This document shows positions 29,358 through 41,495 of a stretch of 64,000 nt of DNA, piece by piece (within the stretch, counting starts at the first letter, position 1; each line of letters opens with the position of its first letter). The DNA is taken from the NCBI GenBank assembly GCA_947170265.1, contig CAMVSV010000010.1, positions 9,702-73,701 of the forward strand. Direction: 5' to 3'. The translations under genes were made by a program, and so were the position numbers. The notes below the pieces were generated by a model. That model had not been told where the DNA came from. It did no database searches and saw only the letters and a list, made by a program, of their open reading frames with translations. This DNA is from an uncultured Prevotella sp. (GTDB lineage: Bacteria; Bacteroidota; Bacteroidia; Bacteroidales; Bacteroidaceae).

Positions 29358-30086
29358 ATGAGAAGATTAATAATAATGATGCTGTGCGGATTAGCCAATC
29401 TTTGCGCAATGGCTCAAATAGAACCATACATCACCCCTACCGCCACTATAACACTTCCAAACGAAACCAAGGAATTACAAACAGGCGATAGCTATTCGGG
29501 CTCAGCCCCGCTGACCGTCACATTCAAGGCAAACCCCTACGATGATGATGGATGGAATGCATATTATGAATGGAGATTTTACAAAGAAGGTGAGGAAGAC
29601 AATCCCTATCTTCTTCGCTACGAGCAAGATACAGAAGTTACGTTTACTACTGCCGGTGCTCACAAGATAGTATGCTTTGCCACGTTCAAGAACGAAAACA
29701 AAACAATAGAATATACAAAGGAATATTGGAGCGGCGAAGTCAGCCCCATATCCATAAGTATCAGTGAAAGCAAACTCGAAATGCCCAACGCCTTTTCACC
29801 TAACGATGACAAGATAAACGATGTATACAAAGCAAAAAAAGGCTACCAATCTATAGTTGAGTTCAAGGCTACTATTTTCAACAGATGGGGAGTGAAATTA
29901 TATGAATGGGACGATCCCGCTGGAGGATGGGACGGGAAATACAAAGGCAAGGATGTGGCACAAGGGGTATATTTCGTCGTCGTGAAAGCACGGGGAGCAG
30001 ATGGAAGAAAGTTCAACATCCGCCGCGACGTGAACCTTCTCAGAGGATACACCGAGGGTGCCAACACAAACACTGGCGAACAGTAG
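29358..30086 (+). CDS. Small secreted protein with T9SS type-B (gliding-motility-associated) C-terminal sorting domain
   Basis: The ORF track starts at a TTG (29331) inside a TAATTTTG box. I prefer ATG 29358 (MRRLIIMML). C-terminal motif: PNAFSPNDDKINDVY...IFNRWGVKLYEW...WDGKYKGKDVAQGVYFVVV. Confidence 0.7.
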   Translation: MRRLIIMMLCGLANLCAMAQIEPYITPTATITLPNETKELQTGDSYSGSAPLTVTFKANPYDDDGWNAYYEWRFYKEGEEDNPYLLRYEQDTEVTFTTAGAHKIVCFATFKNENKTIEYTKEYWSGEVSPISISISESKLEMPNAFSPNDDKINDVYKAKKGYQSIVEFKATIFNRWGVKLYEWDDPAGGWDGKYKGKDVAQGVYFVVVKARGADGRKFNIRRDVNLLRGYTEGANTNTGEQ

Positions 30087-30122
30087 TTTCACAAAGATTT
30101 CCAATCTTAGCAAATCCCAATC

Positions 30123-32873
30123 ATGCAGAAACAAACAGAGTGGATCAATGTTTATGGCGCACGTGTCCATAACCTGAAGAATATTGATGTGCAAATACCA
30201 CGAAACTCGCTGACAGTAATAACAGGTCTGAGCGGTTCCGGAAAATCGTCATTGGCATTTGATACCATTTTTGCCGAAGGACAGAGGAGATATATCGAGA
30301 CCTTTTCAGCCTATGCGCGAGGCTTTCTTGGTGGCATGGAACGACCAGACGTTGACAAGATTACCGGTCTGTCTCCTGTGATTAGCATAGAACAGAAGAC
30401 CACAAACAAGAACCCCCGTTCAACGGTTGGTACTACTACAGAAATTTACGACTATCTACGTCTGCTTTACGCCCGCACGGCAACACCGTACAGCTACCTC
30501 TCAGGTGAGAAAATGGTAAGATACACCGAAGAGAAAGTTGTAGACATGATTCTGAACACTTATGTAGAGAAACCAGTGTTCATACTTGCCCCCTTGGTAA
30601 GAAACAGAAAAGGACATTACAGGGAACTTTTTGAGCAAATGAGGAGAAAAGGCTATCTCTACATAAGGATTGACGGAGAAATCACCACCATAACCAGGGG
30701 CATGAAGGTTGACAGATACAAGAACCACAACATTGAAGTAGTAATAGACAAACTTGTTGTCAGGGAAAGAGATGCCGAGCGTTTGAAAAAATCCGTCAAC
30801 ACTGCAATGAAGCAGGGTGACTCACTCATAATGATACTTGTGAAGGGCGAAACCCAAGGCAAATATTACTCAAAGAGACTAATGTGTCCTACATCTGGGA
30901 TTGCCTACAAGGACCCAGCACCAAACATCTTCTCTTTCAACTCCCCCGAGGGTGCTTGTAACAAATGCAAAGGCTTGGGATATATAAACGAAATTGACAT
31001 AAAGAAGGTTATCCCAGACACCTCTACAAGCATACACGACGGCGGTATCATACCTTTAGGCAAATACAAGAACCAGATGATTTTCTGGCAATTAGACTCC
31101 ATTCTTCAACAGTATGACTGCACTCTCAAGACACCAATAGAAGATATTCCATCTGATGCCATGGACGAGATATTGTATGGCACACTTGAGAGAATAAAGA
31201 TATCAAAGGAGCTCGTCCACACATCGTCTGATTATTTCGTTGCTTTTGATGGTATCATAAAGTATTTGAGAACGGTGATGGAAAACGACGACAGTCCAGC
31301 AGTTCAGAAATGGGCTGACCAGTTTCTCGCCACTTGCAGATGCCCGGAATGTAAAGGACAAAAGCTCAACAAGGAATCACTGTCGTATAGACTGAATGGG
31401 AAAAACATTTCAGAGCTTGCCGAAATGGATATAAGCGAGCTGAAAGAATGGATGACAGACTTGCCAAACCACATTGACAAAAAACAACAGGCAATAGCCA
31501 GCGAAATTGTAAAGGAGATTGAAAAACGCCTTCAGTTTCTTATTGATGTGGGGCTGCCATATCTCTCACTCAACAGACAGTCGGCAACACTTTCAGGAGG
31601 CGAGAGCCAAAGAATACGACTTGCCACACAGATTGGTTCACAACTTATCAATGTGCTATACATACTTGACGAACCAAGCATAGGATTGCATCACAACGAC
31701 AATCAGAGGCTAATCAATTCGCTAAAGAAACTTCGCGATTTGGGAAACACCGTGATAGTTGTTGAGCATGATCGCGACATGATGATGGCAGCTGATTATA
31801 TCATAGACATTGGTCCTATGGCTGGACGAAAAGGCGGTGAAGTAATGTTTCAAGGAACTCCCGAACAATTACTCAGAACCAACACGATGACAGCTAATTA
31901 TCTTAATGGAACATTTACCATATCAAAAGAAGGAGAAGCAAGGAAAGGTAACGGTAAATCCATTACGCTTTATGGTGCATCAGGCAACAACCTCAAGAAA
32001 ATAGATGTTGTTTTCCCATTAGGAAAACTGATTGTCGTGACAGGCGTATCTGGCTCAGGAAAATCCACCCTGATTAACGATACCCTACAGCCTATACTTT
32101 CCCAACATTTCTATAATTCTCACCGCAAGCCTCTACCTTACGAAAAGATAGAAGGCATTGAGAATGTTGACAAGGTAGTTAATGTGGACCAGGCTCCTAT
32201 AGGACGTACCCCCCGCTCCAATCCTGCGACGTATACTAATGTGTTTGCAGACATAAGAACGCTTTTCGTTAATCTGCCGGAAGCTAAGATAAGAGGCTAT
32301 AAACCTGGTCGATTCTCTTTCAACGTCAAGGGTGGGCGTTGCGAGACATGTGGAGGCAATGGCTACAAGACCATTGAAATGAACTTTCTTCCTGATGTGC
32401 TAGTGCCATGCGAGACCTGTCACGGAAAACGATATAACAGGGAAACGCTTGAAGTAAGATATAAAGGCAAGTCCATAGCCGATGTTCTCGACATGACAAT
32501 AAATCAAGCCGTTGAATTCTTTGATGCACAACCAGCAATACTTAAGAAAATAAAGACCCTTCAGGACGTAGGTCTCGGTTACATAAAACTGGGGCAACCA
32601 TCAACGACCCTTTCAGGAGGAGAAAGCCAACGCATAAAACTTGCAGCCGAGCTTTCAAAACGTGACACGGGGAAAACGGTATACATCCTTGACGAACCCA
32701 CCACAGGTCTCCACTTTGAAGATATACGCATTCTCATGAATGTGATAAACAAGCTTGTTGACAAGGGTAACACGGTAATAATTATAGAACATAATTCTGA
32801 CGTGATAAACCAAGCCGACACTATAATAACACTTGGTCCTGTTGGTGGAAAGAAAGGTGGATACCTTATATAA
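30123..32873 (+). CDS. uvrA: Excinuclease ABC subunit A
   Basis: 916 aa. Two ABC modules ([27 protein letters not shown]; signatures LSGGESQR x2) and Zn-finger cysteines (CPECKG, CETCGG...CETCHG). Confidence 0.9.
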   Translation: MQKQTEWINVYGARVHNLKNIDVQIPRNSLTVITGLSGSGKSSLAFDTIFAEGQRRYIETFSAYARGFLGGMERPDVDKITGLSPVISIEQKTTNKNPRSTVGTTTEIYDYLRLLYARTATPYSYLSGEKMVRYTEEKVVDMILNTYVEKPVFILAPLVRNRKGHYRELFEQMRRKGYLYIRIDGEITTITRGMKVDRYKNHNIEVVIDKLVVRERDAERLKKSVNTAMKQGDSLIMILVKGETQGKYYSKRLMCPTSGIAYKDPAPNIFSFNSPEGACNKCKGLGYINEIDIKKVIPDTSTSIHDGGIIPLGKYKNQMIFWQLDSILQQYDCTLKTPIEDIPSDAMDEILYGTLERIKISKELVHTSSDYFVAFDGIIKYLRTVMENDDSPAVQKWADQFLATCRCPECKGQKLNKESLSYRLNGKNISELAEMDISELKEWMTDLPNHIDKKQQAIASEIVKEIEKRLQFLIDVGLPYLSLNRQSATLSGGESQRIRLATQIGSQLINVLYILDEPSIGLHHNDNQRLINSLKKLRDLGNTVIVVEHDRDMMMAADYIIDIGPMAGRKGGEVMFQGTPEQLLRTNTMTANYLNGTFTISKEGEARKGNGKSITLYGASGNNLKKIDVVFPLGKLIVVTGVSGSGKSTLINDTLQPILSQHFYNSHRKPLPYEKIEGIENVDKVVNVDQAPIGRTPRSNPATYTNVFADIRTLFVNLPEAKIRGYKPGRFSFNVKGGRCETCGGNGYKTIEMNFLPDVLVPCETCHGKRYNRETLEVRYKGKSIADVLDMTINQAVEFFDAQPAILKKIKTLQDVGLGYIKLGQPSTTLSGGESQRIKLAAELSKRDTGKTVYILDEPTTGLHFEDIRILMNVINKLVDKGNTVIIIEHNSDVINQADTIITLGPVGGKKGGYLI

Positions 32874-32912
32874 GGAATAAGAATAGCATACATAACCTAA
32901 AACCGTAAAACT

Positions 32913-33788
32913 ATGGAAAATGATTATTTTGAGCCTTCAGAACTGATTATAAACGAGGATGGAAGCTGCTTTCACCTGCATATCAAGCCACATCAACTTG
33001 CCGACAAGGTTATTCTCGTAGGCGACCCAGGGAGAGTGGAAACAGTAGCATCGCACTTTCATGCAAGAGAAAGTGAGGTGACAAGTAGAGAATTCCACAC
33101 TATAACCGGTTATTTCAATGACAAGCGAATAACAGTTGTTTCAACCGGTATTGGATGTGACAACATAGATATTGTCATGAATGAACTCGACTCCTTAGCA
33201 AATATTGACTACAATACTCGAAGACCCAAGCCGGAACATCGCACCCTTACAGTAGTAAGGATAGGTACATGCGGCGGCTTGCAACCATTCACTCCCGTTG
33301 GTACATTCATCGCCAGCGTCAAAAGCATAGGCTTTGACGGACTTCTCAATTACTATGCAGGACGCAACGACGTATGCGACTTAGACATGGAAAAAGCCTT
33401 CACAAAGCACATGAGATGGAATCCTGTAAAAGGAGCACCTTATATAGCCATTGCAGACGCAGACCTCGTAGAGAAGATAGCCGGCACAGACATGGTAAGA
33501 GGATATACCGTGGCATGTGGTGGGTTCTATGGTCCTCAAGGCAGGAAGCTCAGAGCTCCAATATCTGATCCAGACCAGAACACAAAGATTGAGGCATTTG
33601 AATATGAAGGAATGAAAATATGCAACTTCGAGATGGAGTCATCAGCAGTGGCTGGCATGGCATCACTACTTGGTCACCGAGCCATGACATGCTGCATGGT
33701 CATTGCAAACAGATATGCTAAAGAAATGAATACCGAATACAAGAATTCCATTGACACTCTGATAGAAAAAGTCCTTCAACGCATATAA
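32913..33788 (+). CDS. PNP/UDP-family nucleoside phosphorylase (uridine phosphorylase-like)
   Basis: 291 aa. Motifs VILVGDPGRV, STGIGCDNIDI, RIGTCGG and FEMES. Confidence 0.7.
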   Translation: MENDYFEPSELIINEDGSCFHLHIKPHQLADKVILVGDPGRVETVASHFHARESEVTSREFHTITGYFNDKRITVVSTGIGCDNIDIVMNELDSLANIDYNTRRPKPEHRTLTVVRIGTCGGLQPFTPVGTFIASVKSIGFDGLLNYYAGRNDVCDLDMEKAFTKHMRWNPVKGAPYIAIADADLVEKIAGTDMVRGYTVACGGFYGPQGRKLRAPISDPDQNTKIEAFEYEGMKICNFEMESSAVAGMASLLGHRAMTCCMVIANRYAKEMNTEYKNSIDTLIEKVLQRI

Positions 33789-33835
33789 ATACAATGCAAA
33801 AAGCCGTTTGAAGCCTTCTTTCCCAGGGCAATAAT

Positions 33836-33873
33836 AAAAAAAGCATACAAACTCTTGGTCTGTATGCTTTTTT
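33836..33873. terminator. Bidirectional terminator between the phosphorylase gene and serC
   Basis: 8-bp stem AGCATACA(33842-33849)/TGTATGCT(33861-33868), flanked by an A-run and a T-run. Confidence 0.65.
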
Positions 33874-33890
33874 ATATTTATATAATACTA

Positions 33891-34958
33891 TTAAATCTGT
33901 GCCTCAAAGTCTTTCATGGCTTTCACGAGAGCATTGCAACCTTCGATGGTTTGGGCATTGTAGCATGAAGCACGGAAACCACCAACAGAACGGTGTCCCT
34001 TGATGCCAACCATACCGCGCTCAGTAGCAAAATCAAAGAAAGGCTTCTCAAGTTCAGCATATTCCTCATTCATCACGAAGCAAATGTTCATGAGCGAGCG
34101 GTCTTCCTCGGCAACAGTACCCTTGAAGAGCTTGTTGCGGTCAATCTCACCATATACGATCTCTGCACGTTCATGTGCGAGCTTGTCCATGGCTTCCACG
34201 CCACCATTGTTTTTAACCCAACGCATGGTTTCAAGGAGTGAATAGATTGGCACTACAGGCGGTGTATTGAACATTGAGCCTTTCTCTACATGTGTACGAT
34301 AGTCAAGCATTGTGGGGAGCTGACGTGGTGCCTTGCCAAGCTTGTCTGTCTTTACAATTACCACGGTAACTCCTGCCATTGACATGTTCTTCTGTGCTCC
34401 GGCATAGATGGCATCGTATTTCTTTACGTCAACAGGACGGCTCATGATGTCAGAAGACATATCAGCTATCATCGGAACATTTACATCAAGGTCTTTTCTT
34501 ATCTCAGTACCGTATATAGTATTATTGGTAGTAATGTGCAGGTAATCAGCATCCTGTGGCACATCAAAGTTCTTTGGTATGAAGGTATAATTGGCATCCT
34601 TTGACGAAGCTACTTCCACTACGTCACCATAAAGCTTAGCTTCCTTCTCTGCCTTATTTGCCCAAGTACCGGTATTAAGGTATGCAGCTTTATTTATAAG
34701 GAAATTGGCAGGAATCTGAGTAAACTGCAATGAGGCACCTCCTCCGAGGAATATTACCGAATAGCCTTCAGGCACGTCAAGCAGGCTTTTGATGAGAGCC
34801 TCAGCCTCGTCAACCACAGGCTGGAAATCTTTTGCACGATGGCTAATCTCCATCAGAGAGAGTCCAGAACCATTGAAATCCAAAATTTGCTTTGCCGTGT
34901 TTTCTATCACTTCGCGTGGAAGCATTGATGGACCGGCGTTAAAGTTATACTTCTTCAT
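33891..34958 (-). CDS. serC: Phosphoserine aminotransferase
   Basis: 355 aa. [14 protein letters not shown] start and PLP-lysine context GAQKNM. Confidence 0.92.
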   Translation of the reverse strand: MKKYNFNAGPSMLPREVIENTAKQILDFNGSGLSLMEISHRAKDFQPVVDEAEALIKSLLDVPEGYSVIFLGGGASLQFTQIPANFLINKAAYLNTGTWANKAEKEAKLYGDVVEVASSKDANYTFIPKNFDVPQDADYLHITTNNTIYGTEIRKDLDVNVPMIADMSSDIMSRPVDVKKYDAIYAGAQKNMSMAGVTVVIVKTDKLGKAPRQLPTMLDYRTHVEKGSMFNTPPVVPIYSLLETMRWVKNNGGVEAMDKLAHERAEIVYGEIDRNKLFKGTVAEEDRSLMNICFVMNEEYAELEKPFFDFATERGMVGIKGHRSVGGFRASCYNAQTIEGCNALVKAMKDFEAQI

Positions 34959-35208
34959 TGCTAAACTTATAATATTTATTTGTTTTATTTGGTTATTCCT
35001 TTTGACAGCTGGGACTTTAATGTTGATTAAACCTTCATCTAATCACAAACACCCTTTCACGTTGCGAAATTACGTTTTTTTTGCGACCTACGCAAATTAT
35101 CTTGCAAAAAGTTAGCTATCAAGGCAAAATCAGAACATTATGATTGAATAATAGCTGTTTTATTTGAACAACCTTGGGGCATTTTCTTCATTCCACGAAC
35201 ATCTTATC

Positions 35209-35251
35209 AAAAAAGAAGGAGGATATGTCTTGCTGGCACATCCTCCTTCTT
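35209..35251 (-). terminator. Rho-independent terminator of glgP
   Basis: 10-bp stem GAAGGAGGAT(35215-35224)/ATCCTCCTTC(35240-35249). On the minus strand it is followed by T6. Confidence 0.65.
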
Positions 35252-35281
35252 GCTTATAACTAATAATCCATATTTACATGT

Positions 35282-37843
35282 TTATGCAAGCCACTTCACA
35301 TAGGCGAAGTCCTGACGGTGAGGCAGGTTGTCGTTCTTTGGGAACATTCTCACACAGGTCTTGTAAGCGCCCGCATGGTCGGCTTTGAAACGCAGTTCGA
35401 AGGTGTAAAGATTTCCTTCTTGCTTAACCATCTTGAATGGGCGAACCTCATGAATAGTTATTTCCTTGTCAGGATTGTTCTTGATGGTTACGAGTTCAAG
35501 TCCTACAGCATCGTTAAGTCCTGCTTCGTCAATGGTATAGGTAATGATTTTCTCTTCACCTGTTGTTATTTCCTCGAATGCAGACTCTGTGCGTGAAACC
35601 ACATTAATGCTGTCCCATCTTTCTGCCACGTTTTCTTTCCACAATGCTATATCCTTGGCAAGCTTGTTGTCGTTTGCAGCAAGTTTCTTGAAGCGCTTGG
35701 CTTCCTTAATATAGAACTTGTCATAGTAGTCGTCAAGCTGACGCTTCATCGTGTAATGTGGTGCGATGGTAGCTATAGAGTTCTTTATCACCTTCACCCA
35801 GTCTTTGCTATATCCGGTCTTCTTGTCCTTGTCGTAATAGAGCGGCACGATTTCGTGTTCAAGAAGGTGATAGATTGTTGCGGCATCAAGCTGGTCCTGA
35901 TAACCCTGGTTCTCGTATGTACGTTCCTGAGGCAGGGCCCAGCCGGCTCCCTTACGATAGCCTTCAACCCACCATCCATCAAGCACAGAAAGGTTCACCA
36001 CGCCATTCATCTCAGCCTTTTCACCGGATGTACCTGATGCTTCCAGTGGTCGTGTTGGGGTATTCATCCAAATGTCCACTCCACTCACAAGTCGTCTTGC
36101 AAGTTGGAAATCGTAGTCTTCAAGGAAGATTATCTTTCCGAGGAATTCCGGTCTCTGGCTTATCTCATAGATTTTCTTTATGAGTCCCTGTCCTCCACCA
36201 TCTGCCGGGTGTGCTTTTCCTGAGAAGAAGAACAGCACCGGTCTGTCAGGATTGTTCACAATCTTTGACAGTCTGTCAAGGTCGGTAAAGAGTAGGTGAG
36301 CTCGTTTGTATGTAGCGAAGCGTCTGCAGAAACCTATCATCAGTGCGTTGGGGTTTATACGCTCAAGGAGTGACACTACTCTTGCAGGGTCTCCTTGGTT
36401 TCTGAGCCATGTCTGTGCAAATTTATCGCGTATGTACTTAATCAATTTCTGTTTGAGAGCCATGCGTGTTTGCCAAATCTCTGCATCGGGCACATTATAT
36501 ATAGCATGCCAGATTTCCTCGTTCGACTGGTCACTCATGAAGTTCTTGTCAAAATACTTGTCATAGAGGTTGCGCCATTCGGTAGCAGCCCATGATGGGA
36601 AGTGCACTCCATTGGTCACATAGCCCACAGCATTTTCCTCCGGGTAATATCCTTTCCATATTGGTGCGAACATCTTTTGGCTCACCCAACCGTGGAGCTT
36701 GCTCACGCCGTTCACTTCCTGACAAGTGTTGATGGCGAATGTAGACATAGAGAATTTCTCGCCTTTGTCATCGGGGTTTGTTCGTCCCATACCAATGAAC
36801 TCATCCCATGAAAGTCCGAGTTTCTCGGGATATCCACCCATATATTTGCCGAAGAGCTGTTCGTCAAAATAGTCGTGACCTGCAGGCACCGGGGTGTGAC
36901 AGGTATAGAGTCCACTTGCTCTTACAAGTTCTATTGCCTGGTTGAAAGTGAGGTGGTCCTCCTGAATGTAGTCAATGAGTCTCTGCAGGTTGCACAATGC
37001 AGCATGTCCCTCATTGCAGTGATAGATATCTTTCTTTATACCGAGTTTCTTGAGCAGCAGCATACCGCCTATACCCAGAAGTATCTCTTGCTTGAGTCGG
37101 TTTTCCCAGTCACCGCCGTAAAGGGCATGTGTTATGGGACGGTCAAACTCAGAGTTCATGTCGTTGTCGGTATCAAGGAGATACAGGCTCACCCTTCCTA
37201 CATTTACCCTCCATACATAGGCATGAACCATGTAGTTCATATATGGCACATCCACCACGAGTGGGTTGCCGTCTTTGTCGAGTTGTCTCTCTATAGGCAG
37301 AGTGTTGAAGTTTTGTGCATCATAGTTTGCAATCTGCTGTCCTTCTATTGACAGGCTCTGCTTGAAATATCCATATCTGTAGAGGAAACCTACAGCACAC
37401 ATGTCAACATTTGAATCGGATGCTTCTTTAACATAGTCTCCTGCGAGCATACCGAGACCTCCAGAGTATATCTTCAGCACTTGGTTTAGTCCGTATTCCA
37501 TACAGAAGTATGCCACTGAGGGGCGTTTGCTGTCTGGTTTAACATCCATATATTCCCTAAACTTGGCATATACTTCCTTCACCTTCTTCATTATAGCCTT
37601 GTCCTTGACAATGGCTTGCTTACGATCATAGCTCAGTCTTTCAAGCAGCAGCACGGGGTTATGGCTTACCTCTTCATAGAGTTCTTCGTCAAGGCTTTTC
37701 CACATGTTGCGTGCCTCGTAGTTCCATGCCCACCACATGTTGTGTGCGAGCTCGTCGAGTGATGCGAGTTCCTTGGGCAGGCTCGATTTCACGTTTACTT
37801 CTTTCCAAATTGGTTGGTTTGAATAATCAGCTTTAATTTTCAT
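35282..37843 (-). CDS. glgP: Alpha-glucan phosphorylase (GT35) with N-terminal DUF3417-type extension
   Basis: 853 aa. [14 protein letters not shown]-terminus, YFCMEYGL, and [11 protein letters not shown] (PLP-lysine region). Confidence 0.9.
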   Translation of the reverse strand: MKIKADYSNQPIWKEVNVKSSLPKELASLDELAHNMWWAWNYEARNMWKSLDEELYEEVSHNPVLLLERLSYDRKQAIVKDKAIMKKVKEVYAKFREYMDVKPDSKRPSVAYFCMEYGLNQVLKIYSGGLGMLAGDYVKEASDSNVDMCAVGFLYRYGYFKQSLSIEGQQIANYDAQNFNTLPIERQLDKDGNPLVVDVPYMNYMVHAYVWRVNVGRVSLYLLDTDNDMNSEFDRPITHALYGGDWENRLKQEILLGIGGMLLLKKLGIKKDIYHCNEGHAALCNLQRLIDYIQEDHLTFNQAIELVRASGLYTCHTPVPAGHDYFDEQLFGKYMGGYPEKLGLSWDEFIGMGRTNPDDKGEKFSMSTFAINTCQEVNGVSKLHGWVSQKMFAPIWKGYYPEENAVGYVTNGVHFPSWAATEWRNLYDKYFDKNFMSDQSNEEIWHAIYNVPDAEIWQTRMALKQKLIKYIRDKFAQTWLRNQGDPARVVSLLERINPNALMIGFCRRFATYKRAHLLFTDLDRLSKIVNNPDRPVLFFFSGKAHPADGGGQGLIKKIYEISQRPEFLGKIIFLEDYDFQLARRLVSGVDIWMNTPTRPLEASGTSGEKAEMNGVVNLSVLDGWWVEGYRKGAGWALPQERTYENQGYQDQLDAATIYHLLEHEIVPLYYDKDKKTGYSKDWVKVIKNSIATIAPHYTMKRQLDDYYDKFYIKEAKRFKKLAANDNKLAKDIALWKENVAERWDSINVVSRTESAFEEITTGEEKIITYTIDEAGLNDAVGLELVTIKNNPDKEITIHEVRPFKMVKQEGNLYTFELRFKADHAGAYKTCVRMFPKNDNLPHRQDFAYVKWLA

Positions 37844-37905
37844 GATGTTGGATTATTGAAGTTTTATTATCCTTATTGTATGTATTATCACGGTTTTGTT
37901 TCCAT

Positions 37906-39570
37906 TTATGCATTGTGTTGTCTTTCTCTTGCATGAGAGAGCGCAATATGATATGCCTGTTCATAGTATTTGATGAATTGGCTCCACAATGCTTTCTTAG
38001 AGAGTTTGTCTGCGTTGTCACGGCATTTCTTTGTAAGCTCGGGGGTGAATGCCGAGAATTTTGCCACAGTATCCTTTATCTCATCTGCTACCTCGGAATA
38101 ATTATAGTCTGTCCGATGGATGACTTTCACTCCGTCTTCTATTTCCGAATATGCGCCTTTGACGGAGTTGGCCCACATGCCGAAACCAGCAAGGTCGGTA
38201 GTGATGCATGGCACCTTAAACGCTATGGCTTCCAATGGAGTATATCCCCATGGCTCATAGTATGATGGATATATGCAGAGATCGTTACCAAGCACAAGGT
38301 CGTAATATGCCATGTTGAATATTCCGTCATTGCCTGTCAGGTAGCATGGCAGGAATATTAGCTTCACCTTATCGTCCTTTTGATTCCACATGTTATAGTG
38401 CTTAAGCATGTTAAGCACGTTGTCATGACTCATATTGTGCAGCCAATGGGTTACCATGGGGACCTCAAGAGGCGTGTCGAAAGGCATGTCAAGGTCCAGT
38501 CGCTCGCGCAAGTCCTGACGTGGTTCTCCCACCCAGCCTGGAACCTCTATGAATGCCACAACATTTCTCTTCAGGTCACTGTCTCTGAGCAGTCTGTTCA
38601 TGGCTTCAATATACACGTCAATGCCTTTGTTCCTGAACTCATATCTTCCACTTGTTGAGATGATGAGGGTTTCATCATCGAGGTTTGTTCCGAGAAGGGC
38701 ATTTGCTATTTTGAGCATTCGCTTGCGTGCTGCCCTTCTTTTCTTTGTGAAGGTGGCACCTTTGGGAACAAAGCTGTTGTCAAAGCCATTGGGAAGTACC
38801 ACATCTACTGGCTTGCCAATGAGTTCCTTGCACTCATTGGCAGTTATCTCGCTCACCGTGGTAAAACAGTCTACGTTCATTGCCGTCTGCTTCTCTATAG
38901 AATGCTTGCTCTCCATATTGAGCTCGCGAGCCATTTGGTCGCCGTCGTATGCGAAGAGGTAGTCGTAGAGAGGTTTGTTGTTACCGGCAATCGACCTTCC
39001 TATGCTTGTTGCATGAGTAGTGAAAACCGTGGCAATCTCCGGTATCTGGTGTTGCAGGTACAGTGCTCCCATACCTGTCATCCATTCGTTGGCATGATAC
39101 ACAACGTTTTTACCGTCAAGATTGAAATAACGGTAGTAGCTTTCCACCACAAGGGCAGCAGCATACGAGAACATGGATGCTTCATCATAGTCACCATACG
39201 CATGGAGACTATCTACCTGATATAGTTCCCACATCTGGGTGTATATCTGGTCTTTCTTTTCAAAAAAGGGAGTGAAGTCTACAAGCACAGCCATGGGTTT
39301 TCCGGGAATGTCCCATCTTCCCACTTTCACCTTAAGTCCGTCTTTCAATGCTTGTTTTCTCCATGCTGCAAGCAACCTGTTATCCTCTATGAAGTATGGA
39401 GAAGGTTTTTCCTTCCAGCAATCAGGTCCGATAAACACCATGTGGTCGCTCAACCTTTCGTGAAGAGTCTTAGCTCTCGTCGAGAGCACTGTGTATATTC
39501 CGCCAACCTTATTGCACACTTCCCAACTGCTTTCAAAGATATAGTCGGGTTTGAGAATGTCATTGTTCAT
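37906..39570 (-). CDS. Glycogen synthase, eukaryote-like GT3 family
   Basis: 554 aa. N-terminal FESSWEVCNKVGGIYTVL, typical of GT3 glycogen synthases. Adjacent to glgP. Confidence 0.8.
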   Translation of the reverse strand: MNNDILKPDYIFESSWEVCNKVGGIYTVLSTRAKTLHERLSDHMVFIGPDCWKEKPSPYFIEDNRLLAAWRKQALKDGLKVKVGRWDIPGKPMAVLVDFTPFFEKKDQIYTQMWELYQVDSLHAYGDYDEASMFSYAAALVVESYYRYFNLDGKNVVYHANEWMTGMGALYLQHQIPEIATVFTTHATSIGRSIAGNNKPLYDYLFAYDGDQMARELNMESKHSIEKQTAMNVDCFTTVSEITANECKELIGKPVDVVLPNGFDNSFVPKGATFTKKRRAARKRMLKIANALLGTNLDDETLIISTSGRYEFRNKGIDVYIEAMNRLLRDSDLKRNVVAFIEVPGWVGEPRQDLRERLDLDMPFDTPLEVPMVTHWLHNMSHDNVLNMLKHYNMWNQKDDKVKLIFLPCYLTGNDGIFNMAYYDLVLGNDLCIYPSYYEPWGYTPLEAIAFKVPCITTDLAGFGMWANSVKGAYSEIEDGVKVIHRTDYNYSEVADEIKDTVAKFSAFTPELTKKCRDNADKLSKKALWSQFIKYYEQAYHIALSHARERQHNA

Positions 39571-39784
39571 AGGAACGTTATGTTTGTTCTTTTTTCACCT
39601 ATAATAATATAGCATGAAGCAAGATATTTCTATTTTTTCGCGTGCAAAGATACAATAAAAATACAAAAAACATTTATTTCTCTGTGTTTTTTTATCTGTA
39701 AGCCCATTTTCTTGATTTTGATAAACGTTTCTGATTGATATATAGTAACTTTGCACTGATTTTGTCTCATTATAATAGTACAAC

Positions 39785-40192
39785 ATGACTGAAGAGAAAA
39801 CATATGTGATTATGGCATTGGGATCAAACACCAATTGCCGTAGAAACATCAAGGATGCCGCAGACTGCCTGTCGCAGTATCTCTGTGGCATGGTCGTGTC
39901 GTCTGTCATACAGTCAGCAGCCGTGGACAATGGCTATGGGGTATATGCCAACATGCTCGTAGCAGGCTCCACAGCCCTCTCCTATCCCAACCTGCGCTCT
40001 GCATGCAAACGCATAGAACAGTCTTTTGGCGACATGCCGGGCAGTCATGCAACAGGCATTGTCAACATAGACATCGACATTCTTCAACATGGAGACACGC
40101 GCCATCATCTCCGTGACTGGAATCGCAGTTACATATGTACGCTTATGGAAGAACTAAAATCAAAAAGCATAAAAATCCAAGACTATGAATAA
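39785..40192 (+). CDS. HPPK (FolK)-like protein, divergent
   Basis: 135 aa. By eye YVIMALGSNTN aligns with the FolK N-terminus and VNIDIDIL with LDLDIL. The Arg/Trp loop and PH motif are not evident. Confidence 0.4.
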   Translation: MTEEKTYVIMALGSNTNCRRNIKDAADCLSQYLCGMVVSSVIQSAAVDNGYGVYANMLVAGSTALSYPNLRSACKRIEQSFGDMPGSHATGIVNIDIDILQHGDTRHHLRDWNRSYICTLMEELKSKSIKIQDYE

Positions 40193-41459
40193 CTTAATCT
40201 TTAGGCGTTACCTTACATTGTTTGTTACCGGCTTTCTGCTGTTTGGCATGGCTCAGAGAAGCTGGGCACAAGGTTTCTCCACATATTTCGAAGACCGCAC
40301 CCTGAGGCTCGACTACATATTCTCCGGCAACCGTTCACAACAGATGATTGCCTTCGACCAGGCAAGCACCTCACCGAAATGGTACGGCAAGAGACAGCAC
40401 CTTGCCGAGCTGCCCATGGAAGGCAACGGACAGATCACAGTGAGGACAAAAGACGGCACTGCCATCTATCGCAACTCATTCTCAACACTATTTCAGGAAT
40501 GGCTCACTTATGACGCATCCATCAACTCCACCCAGGCATTCGAAAACGTGTTTCTCGTGCCATTCCCGAAAGACACCGTCTCAGTAACCGTAGACATAAG
40601 AAACAACAGGAGAGAAGTGACAGCCACCCTCACCCACACCATTGTGCCATCCGACATTCTTATTCGCCATATCGGAGAAAAAGGCATCAGTCCTTACGAC
40701 ACGCTGCAGGCTCCTGCCGACACCAGCAGATGCATAAACATTGCTTTCATCGCCGAAGGTTATACCCAGGAGGAGATGCCTCTGTTCCTTAGCGATGCCT
40801 ATACAGCCACAGAGGCCATTTTTGCCCATGAGCCTTTCAAGCAATACCGGGAAAGATTTAACATAGTAGCAGTAAAGACACCGTCATTGGAAACAGGTAC
40901 TTCCGAACCAGGCAACGGCATTTGGAAGCAAACCGCCTTGATGTCGCAGTTTGACACTTTCTATAGCCAACGCTATCTCACCACACTCCATCTTAAAAGA
41001 CTTCACGACCTGCTAGCAGGCATTCCCTACGAACACATCATAGTCCTTGTCAACACGCAACATTATGGAGGCGGTGGCATTCTCAACTCCTATAACCTTG
41101 CCATGACACGCCATCCTCTGTTCAAGCCTGTGGTGGTGCATGAGTTTGGACATTCATTCGCCGGTCTCGCCGACGAATATGCCTACGATTCAGAGCCCAT
41201 ACCCATGTATCCTCTTGATGTTGAGCCTTGGGAGCCAAACATCACCACCCTTGCCAACTTCCACGGCAAATGGGAGAACATGATTGACAACAATAAGCAA
41301 AACGGCAACGGTGTATCATTGTATGAAGGTGCCGGCTATAGTCTCAAAGGCATATACCGTGGCGCTGAAGACTGCCGCATGAGAACCAACTCCAACCCCG
41401 AATTCTGTCCTGTTTGCCGTCAAGCCATTTCAAAGCTCATTGAATTCTATACAGAATGA
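40185..41459 (+). CDS. M64-family (IgA-peptidase-like) zinc metallopeptidase, secreted
   Basis: 424 aa. Signal peptide and VVHEFGHSFAGLADEY zinc motif. Confidence 0.75.
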   Translation: MNNLIFRRYLTLFVTGFLLFGMAQRSWAQGFSTYFEDRTLRLDYIFSGNRSQQMIAFDQASTSPKWYGKRQHLAELPMEGNGQITVRTKDGTAIYRNSFSTLFQEWLTYDASINSTQAFENVFLVPFPKDTVSVTVDIRNNRREVTATLTHTIVPSDILIRHIGEKGISPYDTLQAPADTSRCINIAFIAEGYTQEEMPLFLSDAYTATEAIFAHEPFKQYRERFNIVAVKTPSLETGTSEPGNGIWKQTALMSQFDTFYSQRYLTTLHLKRLHDLLAGIPYEHIIVLVNTQHYGGGGILNSYNLAMTRHPLFKPVVVHEFGHSFAGLADEYAYDSEPIPMYPLDVEPWEPNITTLANFHGKWENMIDNNKQNGNGVSLYEGAGYSLKGIYRGAEDCRMRTNSNPEFCPVCRQAISKLIEFYTE

Positions 41460-41495
41460 GCATAGCCTGACCTACGATGGAATAATAGCAAGGAA

